DNA of 64,000 nt from an uncultured Bacilli bacterium. GTDB taxonomy: Bacteria > Bacillota_I > Bacilli_A > RF39 > UBA660. The first letter of the stretch is position 1. Each line of letters opens with the position of its first letter. The notes beneath the pieces were generated by a model that was not told where the DNA came from, did not search any database, and saw only the letters and a list, made by a program, of their open reading frames with translations. The position numbers and the translations under genes were made by a program. Positions 10,294-18,809 of the stretch are shown here, one piece after another. Location of the stretch: the NCBI GenBank assembly GCA_934167665.1, contig CAKPLN010000005.1, positions 33,414-97,413 on the forward strand, written 5' to 3'.

Positions 10294-10464
10294 CTATTTT
10301 AAAGGACATAAACTATCATCTACAATTCTTCTTATAGCTGAGCCAGTACTTTTACCAGCGTCATATAAAATTTTAATCAAATTAACCATACTTGATAATA
10401 TAGTTCCTGTTATAGTAGTACCACCATACACATTTTTTAAATCATCATCTTCTATATTTCTCAA
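10294..10464 (-). CDS. double-glycine-leader bacteriocin-like peptide B (56 aa, TTG start)
   Basis: Not in the ORF track. Translation is (M)RNIEDDDLKNVYGG|TTITGTILSSMVNLIKILYDAGKSTGSAIRRIVDDSLCPLK. The leader has hydrophobics at -4, -7 and -12 and acidic residues at -8 to -11. GGAGGTG lies 8 nt upstream. The TTG start overlaps the stop of peptide A (TTGA). Confidence 0.5.
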   Translation of the reverse strand: MRNIEDDDLKNVYGGTTITGTILSSMVNLIKILYDAGKSTGSAIRRIVDDSLCPLK

Positions 10465-10598
10465 CCATTACACCTCCCTGGATTAGTAAAACCTTCTAAT
10501 ACTCCGGATAAAAAAACAACTATCGCTGAAACCGCAATACCAGTCCATACTGATCCACCAGTAATTACCTTCAATTCACTATTATCTAAACTTCTCAC
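10461..10598 (-). CDS. double-glycine-leader bacteriocin-like peptide A (45 aa, GTG start)
   Basis: Not in the ORF track. Translation is (M)RSLDNSELKVITGG|SVWTGIAVSAIVVFLSGVLEGFTNPGRCNG. The leader fits the LSxxELxxIxGG consensus closely. A GGAAGGAG RBS lies 5 nt upstream. The GTG overlaps the stop of the upstream 140-aa gene (GTGA). Confidence 0.6.
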   Translation of the reverse strand: MRSLDNSELKVITGGSVWTGIAVSAIVVFLSGVLEGFTNPGRCNG

Positions 10599-11017
10599 AA
10601 AATCTCCTTCCATACTAATTTAAAAATTTCAATAAAACCAATCTTTCTATCTAAAAAAACTAAATCAACAACATCATTTTCCTTCATCTTCTTCGTAGGA
10701 AAACTAATATAAACCAAATTATAAACCGTATTATTCCTCTTTATAGCACCCAACATTACCTCATTTATAGAATACTCATATCTAACATCATCAACATAAA
10801 GTATAGAATTTTTATATAAAATTTGAAGTTCACTATCAGAAACAACTGCCTCTACTAAAGAGTCCTTAGCTACAACTCCAGTAATTAAAAAATAACTATT
10901 AATCTTATAAAGAAAAGCCATAATAACACTAAAAAGTACCAATATTAAAAATAGTCCAACAACTATAAAAAGTCCTAACTTCTTTTCATAATTTCTTAAT
11001 CTCACTAATTTTACCAT
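10595..11017 (-). CDS. small membrane-anchored accessory protein of the bacteriocin operon (140 aa)
   Basis: N-terminal TM helix. It overlaps the ABC gene end and the peptide A start, so translational coupling is likely. Confidence 0.45.
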   Translation of the reverse strand: MVKLVRLRNYEKKLGLFIVVGLFLILVLFSVIMAFLYKINSYFLITGVVAKDSLVEAVVSDSELQILYKNSILYVDDVRYEYSINEVMLGAIKRNNTVYNLVYISFPTKKMKENDVVDLVFLDRKIGFIEIFKLVWKEIL

Positions 11018-13064
11018 CCTTCAACTTTAATATTCGGTTAAATAACTTATTTTCACTAAACCTATGACTAATAACTATAACCGTTTTTCCACTAAGATAA
11101 GTAAACATTTTCCTCATAATAAGCTTTGTCTTTTCAGAATCTATTTGACTAAAAACCTCATCAAAAATATAAATATCTCCATCATTAACTAAAGATCTTG
11201 CCAAAATTATTCTTTGTCTTTCCCCATTACTAAGATTACTACCATTTTCTTCTAATAATTGTTGATAACCTAAATCCTTAGAAATAATATCATCAACTCC
11301 AGTAATCTCTGCAATCTCTAAAAATTTATCTTTTGCTATATCTCTTCCTAAAACAATATTATTATAGATTGTATCAGTAAATAATGTTTCTAAACTGCTT
11401 ACATAAACAATATTTCTTCTTATTACATCCAAATGATAATGATTAATATCAATATTATTAATTGATACATAACCAAAAGGTACCTCAATATATTTCATCA
11501 AAATCTTCATGAGTGTACTTTTCCCACTACCACTACTGCCAGTCAATAAAATCCTCTCACCACAAGAAATCTCAAATGACAGATTAGTAAATAAAACTTT
11601 ACTATATGCAGTATAACTCAAATTATTAAACCTAATTTCACCAACTAATTTACAAAAAGAGTAATAATAATTTCCATTAAACTTCTCACAATCAATTGTA
11701 AATAACTCTTCAATCCTCTCATATGCTAATTTAAAATCTGTAAAACTGCCAATAAAAGTAAGAAGCCCATTAAAACTAAGCAAAAAATAATTAAAAACAC
11801 TTTGATAAACAAGTAAATTTCCCAGACTAATTTTTGATATAACTACCAAATAACTTCCATAGCCTAAAATAATAGTAACTAATAAATCATCTATAATATG
11901 CTTATAATTAGAAAAACAATTAGAAAAAAATACCAAAGAATAATTTCTTTCCAACAATTTTTTATACTTGAGTGCAAAAACATCAAATAACCTTTTTTCT
12001 AAATGTCTATTTTTTAAAGTTTCAGCACTAGATAATGCTTGTACTAAATCCGAATTAACTAAATCACTACTAAATTTTACTCTGGAAATATACTTTTTAT
12101 TAATCCTATCAAACACAATCTGACACATTAACATAACTATAGAAAACAAAAATATTAAAAGAAAAAGTCTCTTATTTAGTCTAAATAGTACAAAAGAAAA
12201 AACAATTAAACTTATAAAATCAGTGACAAAGAAACAACAAGCTTCAATAAGAAAAGACTTAACAGTATTTAAATCCTTAAATCGTGAAATTACTTCACCA
12301 GTTGTTCTATTTTTATAATATAAATATGGAAGTAGAAGAATATGATTATAAGTCTTAAAAGTAATTAAACTATCCATTAAATTACTACATTTTATTATTA
12401 AAATACCCCTTAACAAACTAGCCAATTCTCTAAAAATATATATTAGAAGAAGAACTGTACTAATCAAAATAATTGGTTTAGTTAAATGGTATTTTAAAGA
12501 AAATTCCAAAAGATATTTAAAATGGAAAGACGTAATTATTTGAAATGAAAATAAAATCATTGATAAAAGTAAAATCATTAATATCATTGCCTTGTATTTA
12601 AAAATAAATTCCCTCATAACTTTAACAATAATCTTTTTTTGTGACATAACAGGCAACTGTTTATATGGTTTAAGTAATATATACTTAGAACTAGACATTA
12701 ATTTAAACTCAGCTATAGATAAACTCCTCTTCCCCTTAGCTGGATCCATAACTAAAACTCTTTTCTTATCAATATCTATATCATATATTACAACAAAATG
12801 TTTATAGCTATTATTTATTACTACATGAGCAAGACAAGGTAAGTTATTCTTTTCTATTTTTAGCAAGTCTCCCTCAACACCAACTGCAGTAAAGCCAATT
12901 TTTTTAGCCGCTTCAATCAAATTATACGCCGAAACCCCAATCTTACTAGTATTTGTTATCTCTCTCAATAATTCTTTTGATATCTCTCCCCCATAATATC
13001 TAGTTACTGATAACAAACAACAAACACCACAATCTTTGGTACCATCTTGTAAAACTATCTTCAT
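10986..13064 (-). CDS. bacteriocin-processing ABC transporter with N-terminal C39 peptidase domain (ComA/LagD family)
   Basis: 692 aa. C39 catalytic Cys in GTKDCGVCCLL, a His region, a 6-TM domain, Walker A GSSGSGKST, signature LSNGERQRIILARS and Walker B IYIFDE. Confidence 0.9.
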   Translation of the reverse strand: MKIVLQDGTKDCGVCCLLSVTRYYGGEISKELLREITNTSKIGVSAYNLIEAAKKIGFTAVGVEGDLLKIEKNNLPCLAHVVINNSYKHFVVIYDIDIDKKRVLVMDPAKGKRSLSIAEFKLMSSSKYILLKPYKQLPVMSQKKIIVKVMREFIFKYKAMILMILLLSMILFSFQIITSFHFKYLLEFSLKYHLTKPIILISTVLLLIYIFRELASLLRGILIIKCSNLMDSLITFKTYNHILLLPYLYYKNRTTGEVISRFKDLNTVKSFLIEACCFFVTDFISLIVFSFVLFRLNKRLFLLIFLFSIVMLMCQIVFDRINKKYISRVKFSSDLVNSDLVQALSSAETLKNRHLEKRLFDVFALKYKKLLERNYSLVFFSNCFSNYKHIIDDLLVTIILGYGSYLVVISKISLGNLLVYQSVFNYFLLSFNGLLTFIGSFTDFKLAYERIEELFTIDCEKFNGNYYYSFCKLVGEIRFNNLSYTAYSKVLFTNLSFEISCGERILLTGSSGSGKSTLMKILMKYIEVPFGYVSINNIDINHYHLDVIRRNIVYVSSLETLFTDTIYNNIVLGRDIAKDKFLEIAEITGVDDIISKDLGYQQLLEENGSNLSNGERQRIILARSLVNDGDIYIFDEVFSQIDSEKTKLIMRKMFTYLSGKTVIVISHRFSENKLFNRILKLKDGKISEIKKL

Positions 13065-13121
13065 AAGAGCCTTATTTCTTCCACCTCCTACTTTATTATT
13101 CTAAAAAACTGTTACTTTCCC

Positions 13122-13300
13122 AGAACAAAAGACAAATTTTTAATTTGTCGCTTTGGTCGTCACCGATCAAAATTCCTACTTCACTGATAAAGTACCCTTT
13201 ATTCTCCATAGGCTTAAATTCCGATAGTCGCTACCGTACTCATTTTATTTTATTACTATCTATTCTTAAACTAACTTTCTTTGATAATGCATTCTTAATC
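13122..13300 (-). ncRNA. putative TnpB omega-RNA (reRNA) scaffold: tnpB 3' end plus right end
   Basis: Inferred from known TnpB biology. The roughly 145-bp right-end segment is almost identical in the copy at 58112-58255, which fits selection on an RNA scaffold. A guide would come from the flank just below 13122. Confidence 0.35.
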
Positions 13301-14426
13301 CTTCAAACATAATATTTATACTAGCATTTATATCTCGATCATTTTCGCATCCACACTTACTACATATCCATTCTCTAACATTTAAATTATCTGTCTCTTT
13401 CGTTGTGTTGTCACAATGACTACATTTCTTACTGCTTGGAAAATATGTATCTACTTGATAATAATATTTTCCTATTAGACTACACTTCCATTTGAGCTGC
13501 TGACATATCCTATTGAAACTGGCATCTAAAATATTTTTGGCTAGATTATGCTTATGTGTCATCTCTTGTATATTTAACTTTTCACTAACTATAATATCAT
13601 GTTCTTTAACGAGTCTATTTACAATATTAATTATATTATGTTTTCTACTATTTTTAATTTTACTATGAATTCTAGCGATTTTTTCTTTTGTCTTATAATA
13701 ATTATTACTACTCTTTATTTGCCTTGCTAGTTTTTTCTGTAATTTTTTTAATCTCTTTTCTCTTTTTAAAATTTCTTTTGGATTAGCATATTTTTCCCCA
13801 TCACTTGTCACAACTAAATCTTTTATTCCTAAGTCTATTCCAACTATATTTTGGGGAATAACGTTACTACTAGGTACAACAAACTCTTTTTCTTCAACTA
13901 CTACACTCACATAATACTTATTAGTTGTTTCTTTCTCAATAGTAGCATTAATAATCCTCCCACTTATTTTTTTTAAATTTCTATAACCTCTTATATCAAC
14001 TAGCCCAATTTTAGGTAATTTGATTTTTCTATTTACTAAATCTAATTCTATATTACTGTATTCACTATTTTTATATGTACTTTTAATGCATGGAGTTCTA
14101 TAGCTTTGCTTATTAAATTTACTCTTAAATTGAGGATAATTACCACGTTTTGAATAATAGTTTTTAAAGGCGTCTTCTAAATTAAAAACAGTACACCTTA
14201 AACTACAAGAATCTACTTCTTTTAAAAATGGATAATCATTGTATAAGTTTTTTATTTCTCCACACATGTCAAAAGCCTTTATAAGACCATTCTTTATACA
14301 CTTGTCTAGAAAATAGTTATAAATAAATCTAACACAACCAAAAGTTTTAGTTAAGAGCTGTTTTTGATAACTATTAGGATACAGTCTAAACTTATAGGCT
14401 TTATACATGCAATACACCTCCATCAT
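13266..14426 (-). CDS. tnpB: RNA-guided endonuclease TnpB (IS605 OrfB family transposase accessory protein)
   Basis: 386 aa. RuvC-I GIDLGIKDLVVTSDG, RuvC-II IIVSEKLNIQEM, a zinc finger CSHCDN...CSKCGC and RuvC-III NDRDINASINI. Confidence 0.9.
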   Translation of the reverse strand: MMEVYCMYKAYKFRLYPNSYQKQLLTKTFGCVRFIYNYFLDKCIKNGLIKAFDMCGEIKNLYNDYPFLKEVDSCSLRCTVFNLEDAFKNYYSKRGNYPQFKSKFNKQSYRTPCIKSTYKNSEYSNIELDLVNRKIKLPKIGLVDIRGYRNLKKISGRIINATIEKETTNKYYVSVVVEEKEFVVPSSNVIPQNIVGIDLGIKDLVVTSDGEKYANPKEILKREKRLKKLQKKLARQIKSSNNYYKTKEKIARIHSKIKNSRKHNIINIVNRLVKEHDIIVSEKLNIQEMTHKHNLAKNILDASFNRICQQLKWKCSLIGKYYYQVDTYFPSSKKCSHCDNTTKETDNLNVREWICSKCGCENDRDINASINIMFEGLRMHYQRKLV

Positions 14427-14743
14427 CTTGACTTACTATAATAAATTACAAACATATGTTTGTTAATATTGATGTTACTATTTAATAAGAAAATTTCTTA
14501 TAAGTTAAAAATATCACAACTTGGATCCGCCCCAGGGGTTATAATTGGCGAACATCTTGGATTTTTAAATTTTATTAAAAAGAAAAGTACTCTTAAGATG
14601 GAATGTCCATACTGTGGTGGTACTATGTTACCTATTGATTTAAAAAATTAGAGTTTTTAACTTTAATCTTTTTGGTATGGACTTGATTCTATCGAGTCCT
14701 TTTTTTGCTGAATAATAACCTGAACGCACTTTCCTTATATATA

Positions 14744-14773
14744 AAAAAAAGACTATTTTTTTAGTCTTTTAAT
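14744..14773. terminator. bidirectional terminator hairpin between the IS left end and the transglutaminase-like gene
   Basis: AAAAAAAAGACTAtttttttTAGTCTTTT. A second hairpin at about 14684-14712 (GGACTtgattctatcgAGTCC then T7) faces the plus strand. Confidence 0.5.
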
Positions 14774-14892
14774 ATTTTAAATATATTGGAAGTGGTTCAA
14801 AGAAAATATTTTATTTTGAGAGCAAATATTGTAATTAAATTTCACTTCCACTATCAATATATCACAATAGAAAAATGTAAACAATAACTTTA

Positions 14893-15783
14893 CTATATTT
14901 TTTCAAAAAGTTCACTATCTTCTATAGCAGGATACCACTCAGGGTGATCCATAATATATCCTTCCATCTTTTTTTGCTTTAAGCCATCATAATAATAGCT
15001 ACTACTCATATAGATTGAAGACGCAACTGTTGAATCAAAGAAGTAATATTTACCATTATATTCAACAACATTCCACATATGTCTTCCACTAGTATTACCA
15101 GTTACACCATAAGACTTAATACCAATATTTTGAAAAATAACCTGACTAGCTTTAGCAAAACCAGCACATACAGCTTTTTTTCTCATAAAAACACTATAAA
15201 TAGATTGATTCTTTGATGAAGAAGTAAAAGTTAAATCATAGTCAGTATTTTTACCAACCCAATCATAAACATACTTAATCTTCTCCCTATCATCCATATC
15301 CTTAGTATCGTACTTAATATCAGCAATTATCCTCTTTATTCTAGCCTCAGCAATCTTTTGTGTAACAGGGATTTTAACAGCATATTCAAAATTAACCCTA
15401 ATAGTTGAATCTTTATATAAAGCACTATAGTTAGAATAAGACATAAGTTCAGGATGATCTACTAAAATAGCATCATTAACAATACCCAGTAAAGAAAAGC
15501 AATCAGAATAATCCTTACACTGAAAATCATCTAAGCCAAAACTAATACTTCTCTTATTATCCTTAACATTATAAAAAAACAAATCATATAATTTTTTCTC
15601 TCTACTATTTAAAAAGTTATTATAAACATAACTATCAGACATATATAAATCATTAATATAATACTTATTATTTTTATCAATTAGTAAATTATTATCTACA
15701 GTTCTAGTAAAATTAAAATAAATATAAAAAGTAAATAATATAAGAAGAATAGTTAAAAATTTATTTTTCTTAAAGAAAAGCAT
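14893..15783 (-). CDS. transglutaminase-like cysteine peptidase family protein, membrane-anchored
   Basis: N-terminal TM helix and the Cys/His/Asp triad context CAGFAKAS...GRHMWNVVEY...FFDST. Confidence 0.6.
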   Translation of the reverse strand: MLFFKKNKFLTILLILFTFYIYFNFTRTVDNNLLIDKNNKYYINDLYMSDSYVYNNFLNSREKKLYDLFFYNVKDNKRSISFGLDDFQCKDYSDCFSLLGIVNDAILVDHPELMSYSNYSALYKDSTIRVNFEYAVKIPVTQKIAEARIKRIIADIKYDTKDMDDREKIKYVYDWVGKNTDYDLTFTSSSKNQSIYSVFMRKKAVCAGFAKASQVIFQNIGIKSYGVTGNTSGRHMWNVVEYNGKYYFFDSTVASSIYMSSSYYYDGLKQKKMEGYIMDHPEWYPAIEDSELFEKI

Positions 15784-15801
15784 CTAATCCACTTCCCATC
15801 T

Positions 15802-16230
15802 TTACATAGCTAATCGAAAAGCCATTAATGGATACATAATAATAGGAAAAAGTAAAATTAATAATCCCATCAAAAAACCATAACCAAAAGTATAGCTTAC
15901 TATAAAAGGTAGAAATATATAAATAAGTGTAAAAATAAAGGCTCCATCAGGTAAAACAATCAATAAAATACCTAAAATAAACAATATAATTGGTTTTATA
16001 TCTAATTCAATAAAAAAAAGTGCTAGATTATAAATAGGAATTAGCCCAAACCAAAATGGATAACATGCCTTAGATAAAAAGCCACAAAGTGATAAGTAAA
16101 ATACAATTCCAACAATCAACCAATACATATTTAAAACTCCTACTATTATAAGAACATAGTAGCATTTATTAGAAAAAAGTGCAATAAAAAACTCTAGATA
16201 CCTAGAGTCTAATTCATAAGTGGTGTCCAC
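15802..16230 (-). CDS. small polytopic membrane protein (N-terminus over-extended in the track)
   Basis: Hydrophobic 4-TM protein. The annotated first 3 codons overlap tRNA-Arg, so the real start is probably the internal Met of MYWLIVG. Confidence 0.35.
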   Translation of the reverse strand: MDTTYELDSRYLEFFIALFSNKCYYVLIIVGVLNMYWLIVGIVFYLSLCGFLSKACYPFWFGLIPIYNLALFFIELDIKPIILFILGILLIVLPDGAFIFTLIYIFLPFIVSYTFGYGFLMGLLILLFPIIMYPLMAFRLAM

Positions 16231-16297
16231 GAGGCGACTCGAACGCCTGACCGATCGCTTAGAAGGCGATTGCTCTATCCAGCTGAGCTACGTAGAC
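16221..16297 (-). tRNA. tRNA-Arg (anticodon TCT)
   Basis: The reverse complement is GTCTACGTAGCTCAGCTGGATAGAGCAATCGCCTTCTAAGCGATCGGTCAGGCGTTCGAGTCGCCTCGTGGACACCA. It folds into a cloverleaf with acceptor GTCTACG/CGTGGAC, a GGTTCGAGTC T-arm and an encoded CCA. Confidence 0.9.
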
Positions 16298-16367
16298 ATA
16301 TCACAACTGACAAATAGAATTATACAATAAAAGCACCGATGTTGCAAGTGCTTTTTTTAAAAAAGAT

Positions 16368-17327
16368 CTAATATGGTATATCACTAGTACCAATATAACC
16401 AATCTTTTGCCCATTAACCTCAAACATAACCATATTAACATCATAATTATCAAACACAGAATACGCTAAACTATATATTACTTCCTCCAAAACCTTATCA
16501 TTGCCATCAAATAAATAATCATTAAAATTCAAATACATCACATCATCATCTTTACGATACTCTAAAAGCTTTGTATTACTATTTAAAAAACTCATTAAAT
16601 TACTTTCATAAATATAATTAGAAGATAACTCTTCAACTATTATCTTAATCTTATCTCTATTATCATTTAAATACTTAGTAACTGGAACATAATAAAGATT
16701 ATTATCTATATTTTCCAAATAATAAATTACAACTTTATTAATATCATCACGAGAAGTAATATTATATGATTCATTAATTCCAAGACTTTTATTTAAAACA
16801 GTTGGTATTTTTTCTAAAGAATTAGGATATTTATCAAAATTTTCACCTTCAACCAATAAACTAACGCCTTTATAGTTTCCAAGTTCCATAATACTATAAA
16901 CAATAGCTGCTACCATCTTTTTTTCATCATTACTAGAAACATTTAAAATCTCTTTGGAAAAATCAATAGTAACAATATTTTTCCCAACAATAACTTCTTT
17001 AATAGTAGTCCCCTTAGGTATCACTCCTCTAAGTCCATCTACCATTATATTTGAATTACCAACAACTAAATTTATAACTAAAGATGCAATCTTACTTTTC
17101 TCATTTTCTTCATCAAGTAAAATTTTACTCTTAACTAATAATCCACTATCATTAAGTAGATAAATACTATGAACATACTTACCATTATCCCCAATCTGCA
17201 AATTAGTTTTTAAAAGATTTTCCGTATTATTATTACTAGTAATAGTTAATACAAAAAGAAGTATAAATAGCGATAAAGTAGTCGTAAATATTTTTCTTAA
17301 CGCTTTTGTTCTAAGCACAAATATCAC
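16368..17327 (-). CDS. hypothetical membrane-anchored protein (319 aa), possibly GerM-like
   Basis: N-terminal TM helix plus an extracytoplasmic domain. The GerM call is a weak guess from context only. Confidence 0.3.
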   Translation of the reverse strand: MIFVLRTKALRKIFTTTLSLFILLFVLTITSNNNTENLLKTNLQIGDNGKYVHSIYLLNDSGLLVKSKILLDEENEKSKIASLVINLVVGNSNIMVDGLRGVIPKGTTIKEVIVGKNIVTIDFSKEILNVSSNDEKKMVAAIVYSIMELGNYKGVSLLVEGENFDKYPNSLEKIPTVLNKSLGINESYNITSRDDINKVVIYYLENIDNNLYYVPVTKYLNDNRDKIKIIVEELSSNYIYESNLMSFLNSNTKLLEYRKDDDVMYLNFNDYLFDGNDKVLEEVIYSLAYSVFDNYDVNMVMFEVNGQKIGYIGTSDIPY

Positions 17328-17368
17328 CTATACAAATATATGAAAAATCGTGCTAGTTTAGCACGACT

Positions 17369-17584
17369 TTATATTGATAATTCTTTTAATTTTAAAAGTT
17401 CTACTACTGCACATGCTCTCCCATTAACACCAAGCTTTTGAATTACATTGGAAATATGATTACGAACTGTTTTTTCACTTATCGCAAGTTCCCTCGCAAT
17501 CTCTTTTGTACTCTTATTAGTAATTAAAAGCTCGAAAACACTGCGCTCTCTAGCAGTTAAAATTTTACTAACCATTTTCTTCAC
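17369..17584 (-). CDS. LuxR/GerE-family small HTH transcriptional regulator
   Basis: 71 aa with the GerE-like HTH LTARERSVFELLITNKSTKEIARELAISEKTVRNHISNVIQKL. Confidence 0.75.
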   Translation of the reverse strand: MKKMVSKILTARERSVFELLITNKSTKEIARELAISEKTVRNHISNVIQKLGVNGRACAVVELLKLKELSI

Positions 17585-17619
17585 CTAAAATATTTTATGA
17601 AGAAAGTAAAAATTAGTGT

Positions 17620-18126
17620 CTAACTCTTTTGAAATTTAACAGTTATATACATTTTATTTTTATAACTTTGTTGAACAAGTCGCATAATATTATTAGCTAA
17701 AGTACTATCATGCTTATCTGTCACACAAACAATATTAATATTACTATTATCAATCTTAACAAAGCAATTTAATCCATATTCATTTTTAATTGCTTTTTCA
17801 TGTTTTTCTTCCTTACCTTGTAATTCATTTAAATATTTTAATTTTTCATAAGCATTATTCTTCTCCTCACCACTAACAGCTTCACTAGTTAACTGTTCTT
17901 GTAGAACATCCATTTCATTTTGACGTTCCTCTTCCAAGCTAACTCGCATTGCTACCAAAGAAGAAACACTTTCAACATTATTATTAACACCTGCATTAGT
18001 AACTATTTCATTATCCTTATTAGAAAGTAATAAATCATTAGGCATAGTAATATAATAAATACTTAGAACTAATATTAAACTAAACAACGTTAAAAACCAT
18101 AAATTTTGCTTACTCATACATGACAT
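17620..18126 (-). CDS. hypothetical secreted or membrane-anchored protein (168 aa)
   Basis: N-terminal hydrophobic segment and a coiled-coil-like middle. Confidence 0.4.
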   Translation of the reverse strand: MSCMSKQNLWFLTLFSLILVLSIYYITMPNDLLLSNKDNEIVTNAGVNNNVESVSSLVAMRVSLEEERQNEMDVLQEQLTSEAVSGEEKNNAYEKLKYLNELQGKEEKHEKAIKNEYGLNCFVKIDNSNINIVCVTDKHDSTLANNIMRLVQQSYKNKMYITVKFQKS

Positions 18127-18180
18127 CCTCCTTAACTACTAAATTATACGTTCAAAAAAAAAGAATATTCTAAGAATATC

Positions 18181-18798
18181 CTATATTTTATTACCACATT
18201 TTGAACAATAATTAGACTCTTCTTTAACTTGGTTACCACATTTTGAACAATACTTCAAACTATTATCAGTACTGGTTAAATTATTATTACCATTAACACC
18301 AAATATTTTAATAATTGGATCATCAACTGGTTTAGGTCCTAAATAAGTACTATTGCCAAATGCCAATATCAAATAAAATATTGGTTCACAAAAGAAAAGT
18401 CCAACCGCGAAAGCATCACTTTTACCAAAACTTCTAGCCATACTAATTGAAAAAATAACTTTAAAATACAATCTAGCTAGCCAAGTAATAGTAGCCAAGG
18501 GAGGAAATGGAATAACTATAAAATGTATTAACACTAAAATAAGAATCCAATATGTACTGATTCCACATATTTCACATCCAACATAAGTATTATAAATTGG
18601 GATAAATGCTTCCCATCCTTTTTTTGAAGCTTTTTTATAAGTTTTATACTTACCTAAAATATTAATAAAATAAATAATTAAAACAACAAACAAAATAATC
18701 GATAATATCGAAAGTATTACATATAAAATATCACTACTAAAATGAAACAAATCTAAAAAACTATCATCATTAAATATACTTAAAAAATCATAATCCAT
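18181..18798 (-). CDS. membrane protein with C-terminal double zinc-ribbon
   Basis: Several TM helices and a C-terminal CSKCGN...CSKCGNKI. Confidence 0.45.
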   Translation of the reverse strand: MDYDFLSIFNDDSFLDLFHFSSDILYVILSILSIILFVVLIIYFINILGKYKTYKKASKKGWEAFIPIYNTYVGCEICGISTYWILILVLIHFIVIPFPPLATITWLARLYFKVIFSISMARSFGKSDAFAVGLFFCEPIFYLILAFGNSTYLGPKPVDDPIIKIFGVNGNNNLTSTDNSLKYCSKCGNQVKEESNYCSKCGNKI

Positions 18799-18809
18799 AT
18801 AATTAGCTC

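Larger units (their letters stand above)
13122..14650 (-). mobile_element. IS200/IS605-family TnpB-only insertion sequence (IS1341-like), full length
   Basis: Intact tnpB flanked by ends that recur at 58112-58850 and 20899-21340. The right end starts AGAACAAAAGACAAATTTTTAATTTGTCGC at 13122, about 58 bp upstream of the ABC transporter start. Confidence 0.75.

Noticed and set aside
12592-12807. 71-aa plus-strand ORF inside the ABC transporter gene
   Set aside because: It is antisense to a strongly supported CDS and has no RBS or motif.
16954-17163. 69-aa plus-strand ORF inside the 319-aa gene
   Set aside because: Antisense overlap and low complexity.
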